Shown: positions 18,924 to 28,228 of the stretch, in pieces
Layout: each line of letters starts with the position of its first letter
Position numbering within the stretch: the stretch's first letter is position 1
Assembly (NCBI GenBank): GCA_013203185.1
Contig: JABMOS010000118.1
Coordinates: 23,006 to 87,005, forward strand
DNA: 64,000 bases
Reading direction: 5' to 3'
From: Fidelibacterota bacterium
GTDB taxonomy: Bacteria > Fidelibacterota > UBA8477 > JABMPR01
Made by a program: the position numbers and the translations under genes
Notes under the pieces: generated by a model
The model's database searches: none
Told to the model about the DNA's origin: nothing
Seen by the model: the letters and a program-made list of their open reading frames with translations, nothing else

Positions 18924-19606
18924 TGAACCTGAGCTTTGAAATCCCGGATAGCCGTTTCCAATCCAACAAAGATTGACCGACCAATAATTGCCCGCCCAAC
19001 AACGATATTCTCTACAGCTTCAATGCTTACCAGGGGCAACACATTTTGGAATGAGATACCACCATTGACAGCAACACCCAGACCATTTTTTTCAGCAGTT
19101 CGTGCCATGAGGGCAATTTGTTCCTGGGCTTCAGCCTGACCCGCCATGCTAATGTTTTCAGAATAGTGGTTTACACTAAGTTCAACCAGGTCAGCCTGTT
19201 GACGATACGCCTTTTTTAGCAGTCCCAATTCAGGGGCCAGACAGAAAGAAATTAGCTTGCCTGTATCCTTCAATTGTGGGACAAAAGTCTCCAGGTCAGC
19301 ACCGAAATCTTCAAAAATATTCTCCCCGGTAAAAGTAACCTGATTAATTGGGAGATTAAGTGCAAGCTGGAGAAGGTCGGCCCTTGGTGTTATCCTCAGG
19401 GCGAACCGTGTATCCATGGCAGCTGCAATAGTCAATTCCAGGTCTTTCTCATTGAAATACGGAGAACGTCCATCAAAAGTCAAACTAAAGCCATCTACTC
19501 CTGATAGTCCGGCAATGGTCACCACGCCAGGTATGCTGAGACCATCTACTTTGAGTTGCTGTTGGGCATTAATAAAGCCGTCCAGATTGAGTTCCATTTG
19601 CGCCAT
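18920..19606 (-). CDS. PdxJ-like (pyridoxine 5'-phosphate synthase fold) protein with degenerate active site
   Basis: Collinear with E. coli PdxJ along its full length (for example GVAVNGGISF..VENIVVGRAIIGRSIFVGLETAIRDF versus [36 protein letters not shown]). The catalytic His/Arg/Glu positions are substituted. ATGA overlap with the asparaginase gene. Confidence 0.55.
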   Translation of the reverse strand: MAQMELNLDGFINAQQQLKVDGLSIPGVVTIAGLSGVDGFSLTFDGRSPYFNEKDLELTIAAAMDTRFALRITPRADLLQLALNLPINQVTFTGENIFEDFGADLETFVPQLKDTGKLISFCLAPELGLLKKAYRQQADLVELSVNHYSENISMAGQAEAQEQIALMARTAEKNGLGVAVNGGISFQNVLPLVSIEAVENIVVGRAIIGRSIFVGLETAIRDFKAQVQ

Positions 19607-19634
19607 AATATCCTCGATTTATTTCTTTAGGTGA

Positions 19635-20804
19635 TCATTTTGCCAGTTTTGAAACTGGAACCAGATCAAATCCTGCTTCAGCCAGCGCAGGTAAATATTT
19701 TTTTAATGTTTTCAACGTATTCGGTCTGCAATGTCCAATTCCTATGGCTTCCCCTTGCTCCTTAGCAATACGAGCCAAGCGAAAGAGTTCGTCAGCGATG
19801 GCTTCCTGATCATCAACTTCATCCAGGAAAACATCCCTGCTGTTGGTGGGAACATAACGTTCCCTCGCTACGGTTTCTCCTACTGAAGCAGCTATGGTCC
19901 TGCTATCAATGAAGAACATTTTCTGCTCAGTTAAAAAATCTGTCACACCTGTCATGACTTTACGGCTCTGGGAGCCCCCACTCCCTTGGTGGTTATTCAT
20001 TCCAACTGCCTTGGGAACATCTTTGCGGGCTTTTTTCAACCGCCTGGAAATTTCTCCATCACTCAGGTCTTCCGACAGAGCATAGTCAGGCTCACTGGTT
20101 GCGTTGGTGACGGTAACCATGGGCATATGAATCAAGGTCTGTATAGATCTGCTATTTAAACGCTCATCCACTTGCGTTGAATAGGGTCGACCTGGAATGA
20201 CAGCTGCTGTGTAAGGTTCTTTGAGCGAGATAAACCCTGTGATGGTTTCATTCATGGAATAACCAAAATCATCTATGATAACAGCCAGCTTTGGTCTTTT
20301 TGAGACCTTGGCAATATCTGCGGGTAAAATTGATGTAGGGGCAGACTTTTCTTCGGGATACTCAAATCTGTACACCGACCATACTGTAGAATCGCTGCCA
20401 ACCTGGAATTCCCAATAATCAGCATTTGCAGTCTGCTCAACCTGGAAGCCGAAGCCACCTAATGTGCTTTCCAGTAATTTTTCGATATCTGAGGATCGAA
20501 TTTTTTTCTGATCAGTTATCTTGAATACACGTGTACCCAGACCATCGTCACTCAATCGGCCCTCAACAAACTCCAGGCTAGGGAAACGACGGGTCAAGGT
20601 CTGGTCCATCCTCGTATTGAGCGTGAAGTATCCTTCATAAAACCCCTGCTCAGACATGAGTTCAGGTTCGTAAGTGTTGGCCTGGTTCCACATGATAACC
20701 CCCACAACTACCACAACCAGAATCAAGGCCATGAGGAATATTTTAAGAAAATTACCGCTATGGGGATTTGCCTTTATTCGCTCTTTATAATACTGATATC
20801 TCAT
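19635..20804 (-). CDS. Divergent polysaccharide deacetylase family protein (YibQ-like), N-terminal membrane anchor
   Basis: TM segment FLKIFLMALILVVVVVGVIMW. C-terminal domain with PKLAVIIDDFGYS and GMNNHQGS, typical of the YibQ family. Confidence 0.75.
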   Translation of the reverse strand: MRYQYYKERIKANPHSGNFLKIFLMALILVVVVVGVIMWNQANTYEPELMSEQGFYEGYFTLNTRMDQTLTRRFPSLEFVEGRLSDDGLGTRVFKITDQKKIRSSDIEKLLESTLGGFGFQVEQTANADYWEFQVGSDSTVWSVYRFEYPEEKSAPTSILPADIAKVSKRPKLAVIIDDFGYSMNETITGFISLKEPYTAAVIPGRPYSTQVDERLNSRSIQTLIHMPMVTVTNATSEPDYALSEDLSDGEISRRLKKARKDVPKAVGMNNHQGSGGSQSRKVMTGVTDFLTEQKMFFIDSRTIAASVGETVARERYVPTNSRDVFLDEVDDQEAIADELFRLARIAKEQGEAIGIGHCRPNTLKTLKKYLPALAEAGFDLVPVSKLAK

Positions 20805-20896
20805 GATGACTTATTATAGTTTTCTACTGGCTTGAGTCCACCGAAAAACATTGTTTCCAGCAGATAATTCCGCACGATTCGCAGGTCTCTCCACAC

Positions 20897-21349
20897 CTAT
20901 CTAAATTCCAGCTTCATGATGACTTCTCCCTCTTCCATGATGCCAGTATCTATAAATCCAAGCTTCTCATAAAACCCCTTTGGATTGCCTGCTCCTGGAA
21001 CATAGCTGAGAAGAAATTCAGTGCTGCCAGGGAGGGCTTTTACATATTCAATTACCAACTCCAAAGCTTTCAAGCCATACCCCTGGCCCTGAAATTTTTC
21101 GTCGATCATATAGCGCCATAAATAGTATTCCGGTTTGTCCATATCAAGATCAAGCATGACAAAACCGATTGCAATATCCCCATCATAAATTCCCCGATAC
21201 CACGCTTGAGAGTGGAAAAGTGCCTGGGCTAGCGAAATAGCATTACTGGCAACAAAACCAGTCTGATGGTCCGCCACTTTTAGTTTGAGAATGTCCCGAT
21301 AATTGGACTTGCTCAGTTCGCGCAGTGCTATTTGTGATTCAGCCATCAT
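20897..21349 (-). CDS. GNAT-family N-acetyltransferase
   Basis: Acetyl-CoA-binding motif A: FQGQGYGLKALELVIEYV. 150 aa. Overlaps the udk 3' end by 11 nt. Confidence 0.7.
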   Translation of the reverse strand: MMAESQIALRELSKSNYRDILKLKVADHQTGFVASNAISLAQALFHSQAWYRGIYDGDIAIGFVMLDLDMDKPEYYLWRYMIDEKFQGQGYGLKALELVIEYVKALPGSTEFLLSYVPGAGNPKGFYEKLGFIDTGIMEEGEVIMKLEFR

Positions 21350-21968
21350 GCTTTTCCTTGAGCACTGCGTCGATCTTGGTGCGAATTAAATCTACTGCAA
21401 CATGATTCAACCCGCCTTCAGGGATGATTACATCTGCATGGAACTTGTTGGGTTCAACAAATTGGGAGTGCATGGGTCTTACTGTTGATTTGTACTGATC
21501 AATGACTGAATCCACAGATCTTCCGCGCTCGACTATATCACGCTTGAGGCGTCGAATAAAGCGAATATCAGAAGGGGTATCCACGTAGAGTTTCACATCC
21601 ATCCTTGCCGTGAGTTCCGCAAAGTATAGTGCCATTATTCCCTCGATGATGATGACTTTGTGGGGCTCGACCTGGCGTGTGTCTTTCGACCGGTTATGAG
21701 TGGCAAAATTGTAAATTGGAATGTGAACCGTTTTTCCCTGACACAGCTCATCCACATGTCGAACAAGTAACTCAATCTCCAGAGAGGAGGGGTGATCAAA
21801 ATTTATCGCTGCCCGCTCTTCGACACTCAAATTAGACAAATCTCGGTAATATGAATCCAGATCCAGACGTAAAACCTCACCTGGTCCATACTCCTGGACA
21901 ATATTTTTGGCGATGGTCGTTTTCCCTGAACCAGTGCCACCAGCAATACCAATTATTATAGATTTCAT
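21339..21968 (-). CDS. udk: Uridine kinase
   Basis: P-loop IIGIAGGTGSGKTT, NFDHPSS, and IIIEGIMALY...KLYVDTPSDIRFIRRLKRD. Confidence 0.92.
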   Translation of the reverse strand: MKSIIIGIAGGTGSGKTTIAKNIVQEYGPGEVLRLDLDSYYRDLSNLSVEERAAINFDHPSSLEIELLVRHVDELCQGKTVHIPIYNFATHNRSKDTRQVEPHKVIIIEGIMALYFAELTARMDVKLYVDTPSDIRFIRRLKRDIVERGRSVDSVIDQYKSTVRPMHSQFVEPNKFHADVIIPEGGLNHVAVDLIRTKIDAVLKEKHDG

Positions 21969-22009
21969 GGCTTTTCCTTAAGCAAATATATGTCAGATCG
22001 TGCAATCAT

Positions 22010-23164
22010 TTAAAAAAGGAATGCCCTGAAAATATAAGCAAATCCAACACCCAGATAATTTCCGATGGCGTAGCCTATAATTCCAGTTGTCAAACCAGAT
22101 AAAATTATTTCTTTATTATTCAAAGCCTTAGCCACCACGGGCACAAAGGGTGGTGAGCAAACGGCTGAAACAGACGTGATGAGGAAGGTGTCCGTATCAA
22201 TATTGAAGATTTTACAGAAAACAGCATGGAGTAGCATGGTACCGAACACGATGAAGTTCACAAAAAACATCATGGACCAATTGATGTTCACCAGTTCTTT
22301 CAAGTTGGCCATGGACCCCACAATGAGACTAAAGACCAGAATGATGTACATCCCGAATTGAAAGGTCATGGGAATCTTTCTGATCTTTGGAATAAATGAA
22401 GAGCTAATACCGAATGTGGTAATCAGCAACATAATGGCAGCAGTTGAATATTCCTTTGGAATCAGTTGGGATAGCCCAAAACTCACACCCAGGATAACGA
22501 TTGAAATACCCAGGCCAGTCAAAAGGCCTAAAAGAATTCGTGGGTTGAATATGCCTTCGTATGAATGGATGTTCTCACTGGCTTCTGAAGTAGAGTATTT
22601 TGTGAGAACCGATTTGTATTTTGGCAGCACCTTATTGAAAACCTTCTGACCAAAACTCATCACAAAAATGAGGTAAATGATTCCGTTGACAGCGTCATAG
22701 GTATGCATCATGATGTATTGGGTCGAATCAACATCCAAGGCGGTTTTGATGGCAGCCAGGTTAGGGGTACCTCCAGTATATAGCCCAATAGCCATCCCAC
22801 CAAACTGCCAGGCATTATCAATATGTGCATGCACCAGCCAACTTCCCAGGCCAGCTACAAAAACAACCAGTACGGTAGCACCAAGCATGGATAGAATGGC
22901 CTTCCCTGCAGAGTGCAACCAGGAGGGCACATCCATGGAGAACAGGAGGAGCGGTAAGGCCAGGGCAACTGTGATACCGCTTAACTCATCCTGAACACCT
23001 GCTGCGCCCTCAGGTAAGAGACCACTATTCCCCAGCAAAATGCCAAAGACATAGGCCAGTATTACAGATCCGATTTTATCAATGAGAGTTGATTTGTAAC
23101 ACAACCAAAGAATCAGTGCTGGCATGAGCAGGTAGAAGGCAATGAGTGCAGGAGTTGGTATCAT
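22010..23164 (-). CDS. DUF819-like polytopic membrane protein
   Basis: About 10-12 predicted TM segments. The N-terminus (PALILWLCYKSTLIDKIGSVILAYVFGILLGNSG) resembles the DUF819/YjcL family. Function unknown. Confidence 0.5.
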   Translation of the reverse strand: MIPTPALIAFYLLMPALILWLCYKSTLIDKIGSVILAYVFGILLGNSGLLPEGAAGVQDELSGITVALALPLLLFSMDVPSWLHSAGKAILSMLGATVLVVFVAGLGSWLVHAHIDNAWQFGGMAIGLYTGGTPNLAAIKTALDVDSTQYIMMHTYDAVNGIIYLIFVMSFGQKVFNKVLPKYKSVLTKYSTSEASENIHSYEGIFNPRILLGLLTGLGISIVILGVSFGLSQLIPKEYSTAAIMLLITTFGISSSFIPKIRKIPMTFQFGMYIILVFSLIVGSMANLKELVNINWSMMFFVNFIVFGTMLLHAVFCKIFNIDTDTFLITSVSAVCSPPFVPVVAKALNNKEIILSGLTTGIIGYAIGNYLGVGFAYIFRAFLF

Positions 23165-23181
23165 GTGATTAACCCTTCAAA

Positions 23182-23541
23182 TTAAGTTGTGAGCCAAACT
23201 TCAGCATCTTCTCTATTGTCATAAAATCTAAAACTATTTGATCTGCTCATTTCATACATCAATTGTTTAAATCTTTGAGATTGCTCTGCATCAGATGATA
23301 GAAGGATGGCCACCCTGGCCTGATAGTTAGCAAATTTTTGCATGGCTGCGCCAGCCAGTCCACTTCGTAGATTAAAAAAATCCGACGAAAGATTCTTCTC
23401 ACTCAGCAATAGCAGATTTGAATTGTGGTAATAGCACAAACTCAGCAGATCATTCAAATCGCCTTCTTGATTGATACGTGAATCGCTTTCGGTGAGATCA
23501 ATGTAATTAATACCCCCAAAGGATTTTAAGGCACTATCCAT
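23182..23541 (-). CDS. DUF4180 domain protein
   Basis: LSSDFFNLRSGLAGAAMQKFANYQARVAILLS...RSNSFRFYDNREDAEVWL matches the DUF4180 pattern as I recall it. Confidence 0.5.
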   Translation of the reverse strand: MDSALKSFGGINYIDLTESDSRINQEGDLNDLLSLCYYHNSNLLLLSEKNLSSDFFNLRSGLAGAAMQKFANYQARVAILLSSDAEQSQRFKQLMYEMSRSNSFRFYDNREDAEVWLTT

Positions 23542-23651
23542 CCAGCATATTCTCCTGTTTTCGTAGGGATTTCAATATAGTCTAAATGTTGTTGCAACAA
23601 AATCATGAGCTATTTTAAGTAAGATGAATAGGCAAAGATATTTGGAAACCC

Positions 23652-24461
23652 ATGACACTTATTGATCCTGCAGCATTTGAAAAAGAAACAGTCGCCTTTC
23701 TTGAGCGATTCCAATTCAGTGGTGCAAAACCCTCCCTTGAGCATATCGCTGAAGTCTCCAGGTATTTCAGCAGGCTCCCCTACGAGAATATCAGTAAAAT
23801 ATTGAAAAGAGACCAAGCACTTGGGACAAACCGACTCAGGTTACCTGATGAAGTCACCCATGATCATATGGCCTGGCATCTTGGCGGGACTTGCTTTTCT
23901 CTGACTTATTTCCTCAGCGGGATATACACCATCTTGGGTTACAAGACACAACCCTTAATCTGCCATTTGAATTGGGGAGAAAACACACATTCAGCAGTGG
24001 TTATTCAATTTGGGGGTTCAAAATATCTTGTGGACCCAGGCTATATGATTTTCAGACCGCTCCCATTAAGGAAGTCCAATATGGAAGCACAGCTTTCTGC
24101 TGAAACTGGACTATCGTTGCGCTTCGATGGGGATAATGATGAGTACGCTGTCTATACCTATCGCCAGGGGCAGTTTGTCAGGCGCTATCGATTTATTGAT
24201 AAGCCCGTCACCTGGGAACAGTTTGCTACATTCTGGGAGAATTCTTTTCACCTTCCAGGCATGGACGATCTCACCCTCACACGGGTAGAAGGCAATGAGA
24301 TGATATTTGTTCAAGGAGATTTTATAAAGATAACGTCACCTCAATCTGTTCAGAAAATTCGTGAGGCGAATCTGGCTGAAAAAGTGATTAAGGAGCGATT
24401 CAAGATCCCTCTTGAGAAGCTTGAGGAAGCCAGACATGTATTAAAGCAGAGGCAAAAATGA
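23652..24461 (+). CDS. Arylamine N-acetyltransferase (NAT)-family protein
   Basis: LPYENISKIL, then a candidate Cys-His-Asp triad in NAT order and spacing: LGGTCFSL (Cys), THSAVVIQ (His), YLVDPGY (Asp). Confidence 0.5.
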   Translation: MTLIDPAAFEKETVAFLERFQFSGAKPSLEHIAEVSRYFSRLPYENISKILKRDQALGTNRLRLPDEVTHDHMAWHLGGTCFSLTYFLSGIYTILGYKTQPLICHLNWGENTHSAVVIQFGGSKYLVDPGYMIFRPLPLRKSNMEAQLSAETGLSLRFDGDNDEYAVYTYRQGQFVRRYRFIDKPVTWEQFATFWENSFHLPGMDDLTLTRVEGNEMIFVQGDFIKITSPQSVQKIREANLAEKVIKERFKIPLEKLEEARHVLKQRQK

Positions 24462-24979
24462 AAACCACAGAACCCCAACCTGTTAAATATTTTATTGGTG
24501 CCCTATACTCAGATGTTTACCTGCTAAGGCAAGGAATATCTCTTTGTGAACAGCGTATTGGGGAGATTGACCTGATATCAGAAGCTTTTCCCTTTGAGGT
24601 GACATCCTATTATGATGATGAAATGGGCAAAACTATCTCCAGAATCATCTACAGCTTTGATGCATTGTTATCTCCTGGTGAACTGCCACGCTTAAAAGTC
24701 CTTTGCAATCAAATTGAGGCTGAATTGATGGCAGGTGGATCCCGAAAGGTCAATCTTGATATTGGTTATCTGGATTTACACAAATTGGTCTTGGCTTCGG
24801 CCAAATATAATGGTCAAAAAATCTATTTAGAGCAGGGCGTTTACGCTGATCCCACACTCTATTTTGAGAAGGGACAGTTCCATGCTTTTGAGAACACCTT
24901 CCCAGACTTTAAATCAAACACTTATCATGAAGTCTTTTTGATCATGCGAAAGACCTACAAGGCTCAGCTCAAGACCTGA
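24458..24979 (+). CDS. DUF4416 family protein
   Basis: PVKYFIGALYSD...FPFEVTSYYDDEMG...LDIGYLDLHKLVLAS resembles DUF4416. ATGA overlap with the upstream NAT-like gene. Confidence 0.45.
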   Translation: MKTTEPQPVKYFIGALYSDVYLLRQGISLCEQRIGEIDLISEAFPFEVTSYYDDEMGKTISRIIYSFDALLSPGELPRLKVLCNQIEAELMAGGSRKVNLDIGYLDLHKLVLASAKYNGQKIYLEQGVYADPTLYFEKGQFHAFENTFPDFKSNTYHEVFLIMRKTYKAQLKT

Positions 24980-24988
24980 ACCACGATG

Positions 24989-27349
24989 CTAGGCTTGAGA
25001 TTCAGTGACTTTCTGTAGTTCTCTGGCTCTGGTATAGAATTCTTCCAATTCCATCTCTTTGAGATAGACCAGCCCATGAGCGGCTCGAACACGTGGATGT
25101 GCATTTTCATACCAAAAATCGCGTCCCATTACCCTTTTCATATCCTGATGTTGTTGGACCTGAATGGCCTGCGCCAAACCTGAAAACGGTCCATTAAATT
25201 CATGACTGGGAAATGGGGCATCCACTTGTGATTGAAAACAATACTTGAAAGTTTCCTTCATGATGGCCATTGAGTTTAGAGATACGGGCACAAAAATATT
25301 GGCATCCGTCGGCTGAAATTTGAACCAGACATTGCGGTAACCCCAGACCCTTAACGATGCGGAGGGATGCCTCTCTTTATAGAGACGAATGGCTTCAGCA
25401 ATAGCCTGCATCACTTTGTAGTGGGTATCAGGACCGCTGGCTTCAGGGTCAAGTGCCAGCGTCACCACGGTTGGCCTAATTTTCTCCATGTACTCGAGAA
25501 TGGGCTGGACATCACGATCTATGGTGGGATCTTCAGTGAATATATCACCCTTATAAAAACCCAGACGCAGATGGTGAACATTTTTTATGGGGGTTCCATA
25601 ATGACCCCAAACCAGGTCAGCCTCCCATTCTCTGATACGCCCTTTTAGCAATTGCATGACAGGGTCATCTTTTTGACCGGGATAGCATGTATCCAGGTAT
25701 TCAATGAGCTCACCCATTTTCACGTGAAGCGTATCAAGATTAAAATCTGGATATAGAATCAGGAGATTACGGATAAGTCTCCGGGATGAGCCATTGTTTC
25801 GCAGGGTTTTGCTATGGTGAGCCACACCATCCAGATAGGTGTAAATATCTCGCTGGGCACCTGCCGCATTGTCAGCATCATAATAATTTTCTGCCTTAAG
25901 ACGATTAAACTGATCAGTTTCCATATGCTCCATGGCATTGAGGATTTGGTCTTTCACAAAATCATTGGTCACTGCATTAAAACCACTGGTCATGTACGCG
26001 AAATGATGTTCGTTTCGAGGGGTTCGTACGAGATGAACAATATGGGCGAGATATCCCAACATGATGTCGTCATGATGGGGGGCTGTGTGGAAAAACACAT
26101 CGTCTTGTATTGGTGTCAGCCCTCGAGTGAGTTTTGCATGGAGATTCTTGAAGATCCTTGCCTTGATCTCTGGGAGGGTGGCCTTGCTCCGCTTGAGGGC
26201 CATGGCCGGGACTTGTTTTTCTGCTACCTGGGCCTCAGTAATATCCTTAATAGGTGTTTGTGACCGCATGGAGAGCGTAATCAGGTGCTGATCTACAAGT
26301 TCTTCAGATACTTCATCAGCACTTTCAATTTCATGGACCTGTCTTCTGTCCAAAAATACTGCAGCCCCAGAAGTGATATAAAATCGAGCATTTCCCATGT
26401 TATGCAGGGCGCCAGCTGGATACATATTGCTGGCAGGTTCCTGGATAGATCCGGCTACGATTTTTGCCTTGGCTTCTCCTGCAGCAAAAATCAAACAGGT
26501 TGCATCCGGGTTGTGGGTAATGGTCTGAAGGCCAACAGTAATAACCAGACGCTTCTTAGAGACTTCAATGCCACCTAAATCACCAGCTGCGGCAGCTTGT
26601 GTTTCAAAATTTGTTGGTGTTAGACGGGTTGTCGAAAAATAGTCAGATCCGCGAACATTGAAGGCAATGTGGCCATCTGGTCCAATACCACCCAGAAAGA
26701 ACCCGATACCCCCTTTTTCCCGTATACGTCTTTCATACTCTGTGCAAAACTCATCAACCCGTTCAATGGCTTCCTTTTGTAAACGACCTTTGGTTGAGTT
26801 GGGTTGACTAAATCGCAGACCAAGATCAACCACATCATCAGGAAAGATCTCGCGATAATTCTTGCCCTGGGGCAGAATAATCTGTGTTGCATCAATGAGT
26901 TGCGCACGTTCTGCACTAATCCCAAAGCCATTGATATAATATTTCATCACATAATCAAAAAAGCTGTTGTGCTGGGTGGGAGATATGGGAAAGAACTCAT
27001 CTATCTGAACAAACTGTAGATTCTGCAGGTGAGGTTTTCGTGAATGATCAAGACCCACTTCCTCCAGGAAGGCACTGGTTAACTTGTCCTCCCAATTTTT
27101 CAAATAATATTCGGCATAGCGGATAAAATATTCAGGCGTTTTACCCGTGGGTAGAGAGACTACGCCTTCTGGATTATTCTGGACCCATTCCAAAAAGCGC
27201 AGAGCTGTTAATTGACCAAGATTTGGAAAATTACCTACCTGGATGACTGGAATTTTTTCATCCGGACTATACCTAAAATCAAGCTTCGAACGGTTCAGGA
27301 AATAGCTTTCTACAGGTGTGGGTGGATTAAAAATATTCTTTTTATTCAT
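24989..27349 (-). CDS. Long glucosamine-6-phosphate deaminase/isomerase family protein with C-terminal LmbE/PIG-L-like domain
   Basis: N-terminal NagB/6-phosphogluconolactonase-fold motifs (VVSLPTGKTPEYF; GGIGPDGHIAFN). The C-terminal half has TAPHHDDIMLGY (like the LmbE AHPDD motif) and DPEASGPDTH. ATG at 27349 is preferred to the track start at 27388. Confidence 0.7.
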   Translation of the reverse strand: MNKKNIFNPPTPVESYFLNRSKLDFRYSPDEKIPVIQVGNFPNLGQLTALRFLEWVQNNPEGVVSLPTGKTPEYFIRYAEYYLKNWEDKLTSAFLEEVGLDHSRKPHLQNLQFVQIDEFFPISPTQHNSFFDYVMKYYINGFGISAERAQLIDATQIILPQGKNYREIFPDDVVDLGLRFSQPNSTKGRLQKEAIERVDEFCTEYERRIREKGGIGFFLGGIGPDGHIAFNVRGSDYFSTTRLTPTNFETQAAAAGDLGGIEVSKKRLVITVGLQTITHNPDATCLIFAAGEAKAKIVAGSIQEPASNMYPAGALHNMGNARFYITSGAAVFLDRRQVHEIESADEVSEELVDQHLITLSMRSQTPIKDITEAQVAEKQVPAMALKRSKATLPEIKARIFKNLHAKLTRGLTPIQDDVFFHTAPHHDDIMLGYLAHIVHLVRTPRNEHHFAYMTSGFNAVTNDFVKDQILNAMEHMETDQFNRLKAENYYDADNAAGAQRDIYTYLDGVAHHSKTLRNNGSSRRLIRNLLILYPDFNLDTLHVKMGELIEYLDTCYPGQKDDPVMQLLKGRIREWEADLVWGHYGTPIKNVHHLRLGFYKGDIFTEDPTIDRDVQPILEYMEKIRPTVVTLALDPEASGPDTHYKVMQAIAEAIRLYKERHPSASLRVWGYRNVWFKFQPTDANIFVPVSLNSMAIMKETFKYCFQSQVDAPFPSHEFNGPFSGLAQAIQVQQHQDMKRVMGRDFWYENAHPRVRAAHGLVYLKEMELEEFYTRARELQKVTESQA

Positions 27350-27531
27350 GGCGTCATTATGGTTGAGAAAAAAGCAAATTACAACCATTTATTATGGGGT
27401 TCTGTTTCTATAAAGATAATATTATCAATGATCGCCCCTTATTGTTTGTTAGCTTTATTTACTAACTTAAAATAAATATTTATTGGAGATTAAGACCAAT
27501 GAGAAAATTGTAATCTCCGGGATTCTTGGCT

Positions 27532-28212
27532 ATGTTAAACGATATGAGTGGAAAAATAAATACAGCTATCATTGTTGCAGCAGGGAGTGGCAGCAGATTG
27601 GCCAGCGACACGCCAAAACAATTTCTGAAATTGAAAGACGTGGAAATCCTGGCCTATTCTGTTCAGGCCTTCCTGGAGCATCCACAAATAGATGCAGTTA
27701 TTGTTGTCACTTCAGCGGATTATTTGGACCATGTGATCCGTCACTATCCAGACTGCAAAGTGGTGCCTGGAGGCGACACCCGACAAGATTCTGTCTTCAA
27801 TGGGCTGGAGGCCTGCTCGGCATCTACTGATAATGTATTGATTCATGATGCCGCCCGTCCCTTAATTCCTTCCTGGGTTATCGATTCATGTCTGTCCAGT
27901 CTGGAAACGTGTGATGGTGTTGCTCCTGCAATCACGCCTGCTGACTCAATGGTCCAGATTGAGGATTCGGGATTCAGAAACCTCAACCGAGACAGCCTGC
28001 GGATTGTCCAAACCCCACAATGCTTTCACTTGAATATTCTTAAAGCCGCCCATGCATCTGGAAAAGTTGATACTGATGAAATGGGCCTCGTAAAACAAAG
28101 TAATCCGCAAGCCCTCCTCGGTTTCATTGAAGGCGCACCAGAAACCATGAAAGTGACCAGACCCCTGGATCTGGAGATTATTAAGAATTATCTCGATGCA
28201 GCCGAGAAATAA
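27532..28212 (+). CDS. ispD: IspD/TarI-family cytidylyltransferase (2-C-methyl-D-erythritol 4-phosphate or polyol-phosphate cytidylyltransferase)
   Basis: AIIVAAGSGSRLASDTPKQFLKL, GGDTRQDSV, VLIHDAARP and VQTPQCF are IspD-family signatures. Possible starts are TTG 27526, ATG 27532 and ATG 27544. I cannot distinguish IspD from TarI by eye. Confidence 0.8.
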   Translation: MLNDMSGKINTAIIVAAGSGSRLASDTPKQFLKLKDVEILAYSVQAFLEHPQIDAVIVVTSADYLDHVIRHYPDCKVVPGGDTRQDSVFNGLEACSASTDNVLIHDAARPLIPSWVIDSCLSSLETCDGVAPAITPADSMVQIEDSGFRNLNRDSLRIVQTPQCFHLNILKAAHASGKVDTDEMGLVKQSNPQALLGFIEGAPETMKVTRPLDLEIIKNYLDAAEK

Positions 28213-28228
28213 GTAGCCAACACTCTTC

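Noticed and set aside
27483-27830. 115-aa plus-strand ORF overlapping ispD in another frame
   Set aside because: The IspD frame carries strong family motifs over the same DNA. The alternative frame is Cys/Arg-rich with no similarity, so it is a frame shadow.
27532-28212. Naming the IspD-family gene tarI (CDP-ribitol synthase)
   Set aside because: All visible motifs are shared by IspD and TarI. No tarJ is present, and this may be the cell's only MEP-pathway IspD. I keep the family-level call and flag the context as a hypothesis.
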